This document shows, piece by piece, positions 8,692-16,788 of a DNA stretch of 64,000 nt. Position 1 is the stretch's first letter; each line of letters starts with the position of its first letter. The notes below the pieces were generated by a model that saw only the letters and a program-made list of their open reading frames with translations, was not told the DNA's origin and ran no database searches. The position numbers and the translations under genes are program-made. This DNA comes from Acidimicrobiia bacterium (GTDB lineage: Bacteria > Actinomycetota > Acidimicrobiia > Spongiisociales > ZC4RG35). The stretch spans positions 56,340 through 120,339 of the forward strand of contig JBBDHV010000005.1 of NCBI GenBank assembly GCA_040880725.1, in the 5' to 3' direction.

Positions 8692-9881
8692 TGCCCTCGG
8701 CAACGGCGGTCGAGCTGCCGTTCACGCTGGCCGAATACGACACCCGTCTCTCCAAGGTCCGCGCCGAAATGGATCGCCGCGGCATCGCGTTGATGATTTG
8801 TCCCGACCCGTCAAACATGGCGTGGCTCACCGGCTACGACGGATGGTCCTTCTACACACCCCAGGCAGTGCTCGTCACCCACGATGCCGACCCGGTGTGG
8901 TGGGGCCGGGGGATCGACTCGAACGGGGCGAAGCGCACCGTGTACTTGGACCATCAGCGCATCGTCGGATTCCCCGACGACTACGTGATGTCCCGAGAGC
9001 GCCATGCCTACGAGCATCTCGTGGCCACCCTGCGGGAATTCGGCTGGGATCGGCTTCGTACCGGCGTGGAGATGGACAACTATTACTATTCGGCCAGGTC
9101 ACATCAGGTGCTGGTCGACGGTCTCGCCGAGGCCGAGGTGGTGGACGCCACGGGTCTCGTGAACTGGCAGCGGACGATCAAGTCCGACCAGGAACTCACC
9201 TACATGCGGCGGGCGGCGCGCATCGTCGAGAAGATGCACGAGACGATCTTCGAGATGGTCGAGCCCGGCATCCGCAAGAACGACCTCGTCGCCGAGATCT
9301 ATCGAACCGGGATCCGGGGCACCGACGAGTTCGGAGGCGACTACCCGGCGATCGTGCCGATGGTCCCGACCGGACTGGATGCGTCTGCGCCTCATCTCAC
9401 GTGGAACGACCGTCCGTTCGAAGCCGGGTATGGCACGTTCTTCGAGATCGCCGGATGCCACCGTCGCTATCACGTGCCGCTGTGTCGCACGGTCTTTCTC
9501 GGCAAGCCCAGGCCGGAGATTCGTAACGCCGAGCGGGCGGTGGTCGAGGGTCTCGAAGCAGGCTTGGACAAGGCCAGGGCCGGAAACCGAGCCAGCGATG
9601 TCGCGCACGCGCTCTTCGACGCACTCGATCGCTTCGGAGTGTCGAAGGAGAGCCGCTGCGGGTACCCGATCGGTCTGAGCTATCCCCCCGATTGGGGCGA
9701 GAGAACGATCAGCCTGCGTCGCAGCGACCACACGATTCTCGAACCCGGGATGACGTTCCACTTCATGCCGGGGCTGTGGATGGAATCGTGGGGTATCGAG
9801 ATCACCGAGAGCTTTCTCATCACCGAAGACGGCCCGGCTGAGACCTTCTGCGACGTGCCCAGGCAACTCTTCGTCAAGTGA
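8691..9881 (+). CDS. doeA: ectoine hydrolase (M24 Xaa-Pro-peptidase-fold)
   Basis: 'LPFTLAEYDTRLSKVRAEMDRRGIALMICPDPSNMAWLTGYDGWSFYTPQAVLV...WWGRGIDSNGAKRT' matches the DoeA/EutD N-terminus as I recall it. ATG 8691 overlaps the ehuA stop (TGATG). Confidence 0.85.
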   Translation: MPSATAVELPFTLAEYDTRLSKVRAEMDRRGIALMICPDPSNMAWLTGYDGWSFYTPQAVLVTHDADPVWWGRGIDSNGAKRTVYLDHQRIVGFPDDYVMSRERHAYEHLVATLREFGWDRLRTGVEMDNYYYSARSHQVLVDGLAEAEVVDATGLVNWQRTIKSDQELTYMRRAARIVEKMHETIFEMVEPGIRKNDLVAEIYRTGIRGTDEFGGDYPAIVPMVPTGLDASAPHLTWNDRPFEAGYGTFFEIAGCHRRYHVPLCRTVFLGKPRPEIRNAERAVVEGLEAGLDKARAGNRASDVAHALFDALDRFGVSKESRCGYPIGLSYPPDWGERTISLRRSDHTILEPGMTFHFMPGLWMESWGIEITESFLITEDGPAETFCDVPRQLFVK

Positions 9882-9915
9882 ACGGGCTGCAGAAGCCGGC
9901 CGGGAGCGTGTTCTG

Positions 9916-11073
9916 ATGGATCTCCGCAACGAAACGATGCTGATCCTGGGCGACCTCATCGGATTTCCGACGGTCACATCCGAGTCGAATCTGGATCTCA
10001 TCGAGTACGCGGCGGCTCGACTCGAGGCAGTCGGTGCCCAGGTGGTGCTGACCCACCATCCCGAGGAACCGAAAGCGAACCTCCTCGCCACGATCGGACC
10101 GGCCGTCGACGGTGGCGTCGTGCTCTCCGGTCACACCGATGTGGTTCCCGCCGATGAGGAGGCCTGGACGGGGGCACCGTTTCTCGCCATGCGGAGGGAA
10201 CAGCGCATCTATGGCCGGGGGGCGGTGGACATGAAGGGATTCATCGCGTGCGTGCTTGCGATGGCTCCGACATTCGCGGCGGCGGAGCTGCAACGCCCTG
10301 TCCAGGTCGCCCTCACGTTCGACGAGGAGGTCGGCTGCCGCAGCGCTCCGATCCTCGTCTCCGAGCTACTACGCACCGGCCCCGTGCCTGCCGCGGCGAT
10401 CGTGGGAGAGCCGACCGAGATGGCCATCATCGACGCCCACAAGGGTTGCTACGAGTACACGACGACCATCACCGGGCTCGCTGGGCACGGGTCGGCTCCC
10501 GATCGCGCGGTGAACGCGGTGCAGGCGGGTGCACGCTACGTGTCACGATTGTTGGAGCTGGGCGCACTGCTCGAGGACTTCGCGACCCCAGACAGTCCGT
10601 ACGAGCCTCCCCATACGACGATCAATGTCGGCCGCATGGCCGGCGGCACGGCGCGCAACGTGGTGGCCGGCGAGTGCGTCATCGAGTGGGAGATGCGTCC
10701 GGTGAGCCGGGCCGATGCCGACTTCGTGCTCGCCGGTTTGCAGGCCACCGAACAGGAGATGAAGAGTGCGATGGCCCACGTCCACCCCGATGCCTCCATC
10801 GTGACATACACGGAGGGCGCGGTCGGCGGTCTCGAGAAGGACGCCGGTTCGCCGGCCGTGGCGCTGGGACGGGCGCTGCTCGGCAACGTGCCCACTTCGG
10901 TCGTCTCCTTCGGCACCGAAGCCGGGATCTATCAGGCGGCAGGCATCCCGGCGATCGTCTGCGGTCCCGGTTCGATCGAGTTGGCCCACCGCCCCGACGA
11001 GTACATCGAGATCTCCGAACTCGAACGCTGCCTCACCATGCTCCAAACCCTCACCACCCACCTCTCGACGTAG
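9916..11073 (+). CDS. M20-family deacetylase (ArgE/DapE-like), presumed N-acetyl-diaminobutyrate deacetylase role
   Basis: 385 aa. Has 'LSGHTDVVPA', 'GRGAVDMKG' and 'FDEEVGC', typical of acetylornithine deacetylase. The role in ectoine catabolism is inferred from its position after doeA. Confidence 0.8.
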   Translation: MDLRNETMLILGDLIGFPTVTSESNLDLIEYAAARLEAVGAQVVLTHHPEEPKANLLATIGPAVDGGVVLSGHTDVVPADEEAWTGAPFLAMRREQRIYGRGAVDMKGFIACVLAMAPTFAAAELQRPVQVALTFDEEVGCRSAPILVSELLRTGPVPAAAIVGEPTEMAIIDAHKGCYEYTTTITGLAGHGSAPDRAVNAVQAGARYVSRLLELGALLEDFATPDSPYEPPHTTINVGRMAGGTARNVVAGECVIEWEMRPVSRADADFVLAGLQATEQEMKSAMAHVHPDASIVTYTEGAVGGLEKDAGSPAVALGRALLGNVPTSVVSFGTEAGIYQAAGIPAIVCGPGSIELAHRPDEYIEISELERCLTMLQTLTTHLST

Positions 11074-11077
11074 TCCC

Positions 11078-11093
11078 AAACCCTGGGTTCCAG
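11078..11093 (+). repeat. copy A of the ACCCTGGGTTC repeat family, bracketed by a 9-nt direct repeat
   Basis: AAACCCTGGGTTCCAG lies directly after the stop of the M20 gene. GACGTAGTC occurs at 11067-11075 and again at 11103-11111. Confidence 0.6.
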
Positions 11094-11160
11094 ACCACAC
11101 TGGACGTAGTCACGGGCCCGCAGTTCGGGTTCGGGGGCTGAGAGTTCTGCTTCTTTGCGC

Positions 11161-11186
11161 TAGATCGGACGCCGGCGTCCGATCTA
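11161..11186. repeat. 26-nt perfect palindrome between convergent genes (probable bidirectional terminator)
   Basis: TAGATCGGACGCC|GGCGTCCGATCTA. Its right end contains the MFS stop codon (11184-11186). Confidence 0.6.
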
Positions 11187-12350
11187 ACCCTGGGTTCGAT
11201 TGGACTCCAGGGTGGGGAGGCGGAGTAGGAGGGCGGCGCCGGCGAGCGCGGATCCCGCGGCGACGAAGGACGTGACACGGATTCCACCGACTCCGAACAT
11301 CCACGGACCGGCGAGATCGCCGGCGATCCGTCCCACCCCGGTCGCAACTGCGAACCACGCCAGATAGCCGGTCCGGTTTCCCGGGTGGATCTCGGTCGCA
11401 ACGGACATGCCCGAGACGATCGTGTACTCGATGAGTGCGATGCCCACCGCCAGGACGCCGACCCCCACCACCAGGGAGTCGGCGACCATCGCGAGGACCA
11501 CGAACACGACGGCGGCCAGGGCCAGGGCGAGGGCGAGCGCGTTCCTCTTGTTGACCTTGTCGGTGATCGCCACGACACCGCCCTCGCCGATGAGTTCGGC
11601 GACGCCGATGACGGTGCCGACCCCGCCCAGTGCCAGTAGTGCCAGCCCGAAGCTGTTCTCCAGCCAGGTGCCGAGGTTCACCAGCAGTATTTCGAGGGCA
11701 AACCCGACGATGCCGCCGACGACCAGAAACCACAGCGCCGGTCCGCGCACCTTTGGCTTCTCGCCGATGTCGATGACCGCCTCGGTCTCGACCCGATCCA
11801 TCCTCGCCACCGCCACCATGCCGACGGCCGACAGGATGCCGAGGATGAGAAACGGGGTGTTCCATGCGCCGCGCTCGATGAGCCAGCCCGCCATCGGGGC
11901 GCCGATGAGGAGGCCACCTGCCCAGGCGACTTCGAGCAGACCGATGTGACGGCTGCGACGGTGCCACGGGACACGCTCGGCGACGTGTGCCTGCGCTCCG
12001 ACATCGAAGAGAGGCTTGGCGAAACCGATGAGCGCGAACCCGATGAGCGCCCCGGCGAAGACTCCGAGCAGAGCGGTGACCAGTGATCCGATCGCGAACA
12101 CTGCCAGCCCGACGAGGAGGAGGGCGCGGCTGGTGGCTCTCGTCCCTGCCAGCCCGATCGCCACGGGCGAGGCGAACCCGGCCACCCAGCGCATCGACAC
12201 CAGGGCGCCCGCCTGCCCGATGCTGATGCCCAGTCCGCGGGCGATCGCAGGGAGAAACGGGTACACCAGACGAATCCCCGTGTTGAGGACGAGCTTCAGG
12301 GCCACCAGTCGGACCGTCCCGATCTGGCGACTTTCGGAACGGAAGGTCAT
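11184..12350 (-). CDS. MFS transporter
   Basis: Start at ATG 12350 (MTFRSESRQIGTV...). About 388 aa with about 12 TM segments. The upstream 190 codons of the track ORF are Arg/Pro-rich. ATGA overlap with the upstream gene. Confidence 0.8.
   Translation of the reverse strand: MTFRSESRQIGTVRLVALKLVLNTGIRLVYPFLPAIARGLGISIGQAGALVSMRWVAGFASPVAIGLAGTRATSRALLLVGLAVFAIGSLVTALLGVFAGALIGFALIGFAKPLFDVGAQAHVAERVPWHRRSRHIGLLEVAWAGGLLIGAPMAGWLIERGAWNTPFLILGILSAVGMVAVARMDRVETEAVIDIGEKPKVRGPALWFLVVGGIVGFALEILLVNLGTWLENSFGLALLALGGVGTVIGVAELIGEGGVVAITDKVNKRNALALALALAAVVFVVLAMVADSLVVGVGVLAVGIALIEYTIVSGMSVATEIHPGNRTGYLAWFAVATGVGRIAGDLAGPWMFGVGGIRVTSFVAAGSALAGAALLLRLPTLESNRTQG
11187..11213 (+). repeat. copy B of the ACCCTGGGTTC repeat family (inside the last codons of the MFS gene)
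   Basis: ACCCTGG-GTTCGATTGGACT-CCAGGGT forms a 7-bp perfect stem. It shares the core and the 'ACTCCAGG' tail with copy C. Confidence 0.6.
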
Positions 12351-13387
12351 CCGGTGAGCCGTTCCGCAAGCGCGACGACCGCAAGGTGTGGTTCCCGCAG
12401 GCTTCCGACGTACAGGAGCCGTCCGTGCGAGATCGCCGAGGTGGTGAACCCCACGCGTCCCGTGGAATCCTGGAGGTTGGCAATCACGGTGCCGGTCTCG
12501 TCGAAGGCGGCGACGAAACCATGGCGGGAGACTTTTGGATGCAACCCCGCGGGAAGCCGATGGATGAGCGCGCGAGAGTGCGGCAGATTCGCGGTGGCGT
12601 CGAGCTTCCGGTCGCGGGGGCGGGGGAAGCCGCACCAGAACAGCCCGTCGCTCAGGTTGAGGTTGTCGGGCAAGCCGGGAAGGTTCTCGCAGAACATGTC
12701 GTGGCTTCCGGCGTCCGGTCCTTTGAGCCACACCCGGTGGATGCGGTAACTGCCGAGTTCGGCAACGAGCACGAAGCGCTCTGCCGTTGCAAGCGCCACC
12801 CCGTTGGCGAAGACCAACCCGTCGAGTACGACGTCGAGGTCGCCGTTCGTGTCGCGCCGGTACAACGCTCCGGTCGCCGAGCGTTCCAGGAGGTCGGTGT
12901 TGTACCGGGACAGCGGCCACCGGTGCGATGACACCGAGAAGAAGATCGTGCCGTCCCCAGCGACTGCGGCGTTGTTGGTGAGCAAGAACGGGACCCCTCG
13001 ATACCCGTGGGCGAGCACCTCGACGGAGCCGTCGGGGGAAAGCCGCTGCAGGCCTATGTCGGCATTGCAGATGATGAACGACTCGCCGTCGGCGTCGAGT
13101 TCGACTCCGAGGGGGCGACCCCCGACATCGCCGATCGTTTCAGGAGGCCCGCCGTCGGGCGAGAAGCGCACGATCCTTCCGTCACGGAGTCCGCTCACCG
13201 GGCGTCCGCGACCGTCGATCGCCACATCTTCGGGGCCGGTGCCCGTCGTGTCCCACAGGGCGGCGGCGCGAAGGTGGTCGTTGACGGCGAACGGACCGAC
13301 GAGGCCGTGATCGCGGGGCGGCTGCCACTTCCTGGGTTGGAACACCACCGGGCGATTGTGGTCGAACGAAGCGGCAGACGCTAACAC
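12347..13387 (-). CDS. strictosidine synthase-like / SMP-30-gluconolactonase-LRE family beta-propeller protein
   Basis: Has 'GPEDVAIDGRGR', 'GRPLGVELDADG', 'NNAAVAGDGTIFFS', 'FANGVALA' and 'GLPDNL'. The start is ambiguous: GTG 13387 or ATG 13426. The latter would overlap herA. Confidence 0.75.
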   Translation of the reverse strand: MLASAASFDHNRPVVFQPRKWQPPRDHGLVGPFAVNDHLRAAALWDTTGTGPEDVAIDGRGRPVSGLRDGRIVRFSPDGGPPETIGDVGGRPLGVELDADGESFIICNADIGLQRLSPDGSVEVLAHGYRGVPFLLTNNAAVAGDGTIFFSVSSHRWPLSRYNTDLLERSATGALYRRDTNGDLDVVLDGLVFANGVALATAERFVLVAELGSYRIHRVWLKGPDAGSHDMFCENLPGLPDNLNLSDGLFWCGFPRPRDRKLDATANLPHSRALIHRLPAGLHPKVSRHGFVAAFDETGTVIANLQDSTGRVGFTTSAISHGRLLYVGSLREPHLAVVALAERLTG

Positions 13388-13411
13388 TGCCCACTGATAC
13401 CCTCGCCGGAG

Positions 13412-15103
13412 ATGAGCGAGCACCATTCGGACCAGCCCACCGTGGGGCGGGTCATCGGCACCGAGGACGCCACGCCCCTGGAATTCTGGGTCGCGGTCGC
13501 CGAAGGCCAGTACCTGCAACTCGACGACGTCGTGGCACTCGAGCGGGTCCTGCCCGGTGGGGAGTTGGTCTCCATGTTCGGGATGGTGTCACAAGTCCGG
13601 GCGCGCCACGAGGGGGCACGTTTCGACTCCGATGTGTTCCTCATCGAGGACGGTGTGCTTCCCGCAGAGGTCGCCGAGTCGGCGAAGATCGCAGCCACTC
13701 GTTTCGAGCCTGAGACGTTCGTCCCACCCCGGCCGGGACAGGCCGTGCGCCGAGCGGTGGGAGACGAGCGGGAGAAGGCCCTGTTCTTCGACCGGATGGA
13801 CGAGCGCCTCCCGATCGGCCTGTCACGATCCGGTGAGCCGCTGTTCGTCAACCTCGAGTTCCTCGACGGCCGGCGTGGAGCCCACGTCAACATCTCGGGG
13901 ATCTCGGGAGTCGCCACGAAGACCACCTATGCCACGTTCTTGCTGCACTCGATCTTCACGAGCGGGGTGCTCGGGGCGCGAGCGGTCAACACCAAAGCCC
14001 TGATCTTCAACGTCAAGGGCGAGGACCTGCTGTTCTTGGATCGTCCGAACTCGGCTCTCGATCCGGACCAGGCCGCCCGCTACGGAACCCTGGGGCTTCC
14101 CGCCGAGGCGTTCGCGTCGCTTTCGGTGTACGCCCCACCGAGGCCGGGGGGATCCGTGGCGGCCCCCGATGTCTACTCGCGCACCGATGGCGTCGTGACG
14201 AGCTTCTTCTGGACTCTCGAACAGTTCTGTCACGACGATCTGCTCCCGTTTCTGTTCGCCGACGCCGAGGACGACAGGGCGCAGTACACGATGGTGATCC
14301 ACAACGTCATGGCGCGGCTGCACAAGGCGGTGGCCCTCGACGATGGGGCGGTGATGTTGGATGGCGAGACGGTGCGGACCTTCACGGACCTCACCCAACT
14401 CATCCAACGGCGCGTCACCGACGACGACTGGGCCGGGCCGGCGATTGGAATGGGGACCGTCAATGCCTTTGTTCGTCGCCTGCTGGGTTCGGTGCGACAC
14501 GTCGAGCGCCTGATCCGCGGCGATGTCGTGAACGCCGCCAAGCACCAGATCAGCCTGGACAGTCAGGTGACGGTGGTCGACATCCACAATCTCAACGATC
14601 GCGCCAAACGGTTCGTCGTCGGCGTCACCATTCGGCGTCAGTTCGAGTTCAAGGAACGCGCCGGTCAGTCCGACGAGCTCTTGTTCCTGGTCCTCGACGA
14701 ATTGAACAAGTACGCCCCTCGGGACGGCTCCAGTCCGATCAAGGAGATCCTGCTGGATGTCGCCGAGCGGGGGAGGAGCCTGGGTGTCATCCTCGTCGGT
14801 GCCCAACAGACGGCCTCGGAGATCGAACGCCGCATCATCGCCAACTCGTCGATCCGAGTAGTCGGACGTCTCGACTCTGCCGAGGCCGCACGGGAGGAAT
14901 ACGGCTTCCTCCCGACGGTACAGCGGCAACGGTCCACGATCCTGAAACCCGGGACGATGATCGTCTCCCAACCGGAACTCCCGGTGCCGCTCGTGCTCGA
15001 GTTCCCGTTCCCGGCGTGGGCGACGCGGGCATCCGAGGCCTCAACAGCGGTTCCCTCCGGCGGACCGGAGGACCCGTTCGCGGGGCTCGACGTCGGCCGC
15101 TGA
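13412..15103 (+). CDS. herA: HerA-like (FtsK/HerA superfamily, DUF87) ATPase/helicase
   Basis: N-terminal HAS-barrel-like 'VGRVIGTEDATPLEFWVAVAEGQYLQLDDVV'. Walker B 'LFLVLDELNKYAP'. 'ERGRSLGVILVGAQQTASEIERRIIANSSIRVVGRL' is typical of HerA. The P-loop is deviant (GISGVATKT). Confidence 0.8.
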   Translation: MSEHHSDQPTVGRVIGTEDATPLEFWVAVAEGQYLQLDDVVALERVLPGGELVSMFGMVSQVRARHEGARFDSDVFLIEDGVLPAEVAESAKIAATRFEPETFVPPRPGQAVRRAVGDEREKALFFDRMDERLPIGLSRSGEPLFVNLEFLDGRRGAHVNISGISGVATKTTYATFLLHSIFTSGVLGARAVNTKALIFNVKGEDLLFLDRPNSALDPDQAARYGTLGLPAEAFASLSVYAPPRPGGSVAAPDVYSRTDGVVTSFFWTLEQFCHDDLLPFLFADAEDDRAQYTMVIHNVMARLHKAVALDDGAVMLDGETVRTFTDLTQLIQRRVTDDDWAGPAIGMGTVNAFVRRLLGSVRHVERLIRGDVVNAAKHQISLDSQVTVVDIHNLNDRAKRFVVGVTIRRQFEFKERAGQSDELLFLVLDELNKYAPRDGSSPIKEILLDVAERGRSLGVILVGAQQTASEIERRIIANSSIRVVGRLDSAEAAREEYGFLPTVQRQRSTILKPGTMIVSQPELPVPLVLEFPFPAWATRASEASTAVPSGGPEDPFAGLDVGR

Positions 15104-15312
15104 CCGACGCTCGCAGACCCACGGGGGTGGCCACCCGCGACCACACCCCGTCATGGGCCATGGGGTGACAACGAGGGCTTCGACATGCCGGCTTCCAGTT
15201 GTGAGATGAGGCTGGCGGACTCTGGCAGACTCCGGGACTCGAGGATGTACCTCCATGAGACATGGTGCGCAGTGTGACTGAGCAGCAGGGGAAGAGGGAT
15301 GTGAACGGCGGG

Positions 15313-16515
15313 ATGACATTCGACGTGTGTGTGGTGGGTGCGGGACTCGTCGGATTGGCGACCGCTCGTGCTCTGACGGAGTTGCGGCCCGGTCTCGCGG
15401 TGCTGGTATTGGACAAAGAGGACGGCGTGGCCCGCCACCAGAGCAGCCACAACAGCGGAGTCGTCCACTCGGGGCTTTATTACAAGCCCGGCTCGTTGAA
15501 GGCCCGGTTGTGTGTCGAAGGCCGGGAAGCGATGTACGCCCTATGCGACGAGGCGCATATCGCCGCCGATCGGTCGGGCAAGCTCGTGATCGCGACCGAT
15601 CCGTCCGAAATCACCGCCCTCGACGAACTGGAGCGTCGGGGTCGGGCGAACGGTCTCGAAGGACTGAAGCGGCTGTCCGCCGACGAGATCGCTGCATTCG
15701 AGCCGCATGCGGTCGGTCTGGCCGCGCTGCTCGTTCCCGAGGCCGGCGTGGCGGACTTTCCCGCCGTCGCCGAACACGTCGCAGCCCTGCTCGCCCGTTC
15801 CGGGGCCGAGATCCGCACCTCCCATGCAGTGGAGAGCATCGCGCACAGGGCCGACGGAGTCGAGGTGCGCGCCGGAGGTGAACGATTCATGGCGCGATCC
15901 CTGGTCAACTGTTCGGGCCTCCACTCCGACAGGGTGGCGGCGATGGCAGGGGTCACGCCTCGTGTCCGCATCGTCCCGTTTCGGGGCGAGTACTACAAGC
16001 TCGCGGCGCCCGCAGCCGACCTCGTACGCGCGCTGATCTACCCCGTCCCCGACCCGCGCTTTCCATTTCTCGGAGTCCACTTCACGCGACGGATCGACGG
16101 CGCGGTGGAAGTGGGACCGAATGCGCTGCTCGCGCTCGGACGGGAGCACTATCGGGGAACTTCTCCCGACTGGTCGGACCTCGCCGAGACGGTGCGACAT
16201 GCCGGCTTTCGCCGGCTCGCGGCCCGACATTGGCGGTCCGGCGCCAAGGAGTTGATGAATTCACGGTCGCGCCGGCTATACGCCCGTCTGGCGGGGCGTC
16301 TCGTCCCGGGGATGACCGCTTCCGACCTGCTGGCGGGCGGCTCGGGTGTCCGCGCACAGGCGGTCGCGTCCGACGGGTCGCTCGTCGATGACTTCGTGTT
16401 CGAAGAGGCAGGTTCGACCATCCACGTGCTCAATGCACCGTCCCCGGGTGCCACTGCCAGTCTTGCCATCGGACGCCACATTGCCGAACGGACACTTCCC
16501 CTGATCCGACGGTGA
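15313..16515 (+). CDS. lhgO: L-2-hydroxyglutarate oxidase/dehydrogenase (FAD-dependent)
   Basis: ATG 15313 (MTFDVCVVGAGLVGLA, a dinucleotide fold). 'HQSSHNSGVVHSGLYYKPGSLKA' is characteristic of LhgO. Confidence 0.85.
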   Translation: MTFDVCVVGAGLVGLATARALTELRPGLAVLVLDKEDGVARHQSSHNSGVVHSGLYYKPGSLKARLCVEGREAMYALCDEAHIAADRSGKLVIATDPSEITALDELERRGRANGLEGLKRLSADEIAAFEPHAVGLAALLVPEAGVADFPAVAEHVAALLARSGAEIRTSHAVESIAHRADGVEVRAGGERFMARSLVNCSGLHSDRVAAMAGVTPRVRIVPFRGEYYKLAAPAADLVRALIYPVPDPRFPFLGVHFTRRIDGAVEVGPNALLALGREHYRGTSPDWSDLAETVRHAGFRRLAARHWRSGAKELMNSRSRRLYARLAGRLVPGMTASDLLAGGSGVRAQAVASDGSLVDDFVFEEAGSTIHVLNAPSPGATASLAIGRHIAERTLPLIRR

Positions 16516-16769
16516 CGTGGGCGCCGAAGTGTGTACTGGCACTGATGCTTCGGACCGACCGCCTCAACGTCACCCCGCTGGACGATCCGGCGACTGCCAT
16601 CGTCGTGGGCGTGGACACCAGCAACGTCGACACGGTGCTGATCGCCGGCCGGGTGATGAATCGGGCTGGCAGGCTCTCGCACGTCGACTGGGCTGCAGTT
16701 CGCAGGATGACCGGGGAATCCCGCGATCGGGTGATCGAGAAGTCGGGATTCAAGCCGCCTCGGATCTGA
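16512..16769 (+). pseudogene. C-terminal relic of an amidohydrolase (metal-dependent deaminase/chlorohydrolase family)
   Basis: The 85-codon ORF reads '..LMLRTDRLNVTPLDDPATAIVVGVDTSNVDTVLIAGRVMNRAGRL..'. That is the last ~80 residues of ~450-aa amidohydrolases. There is no catalytic barrel upstream. Its GTG overlaps the lhgO stop. Confidence 0.6.
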
Positions 16770-16788
16770 GTGGCTGTCCCAGTCGGCG

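Noticed and set aside
15125-15167. Palindrome GGGTGGCCACCC and hairpin CACCCC-N12-GGGGTG after herA, as a terminator.
   Set aside because: The stems are short (4-8 bp) with awkward loops. It is plausible but too weak to list as a feature.
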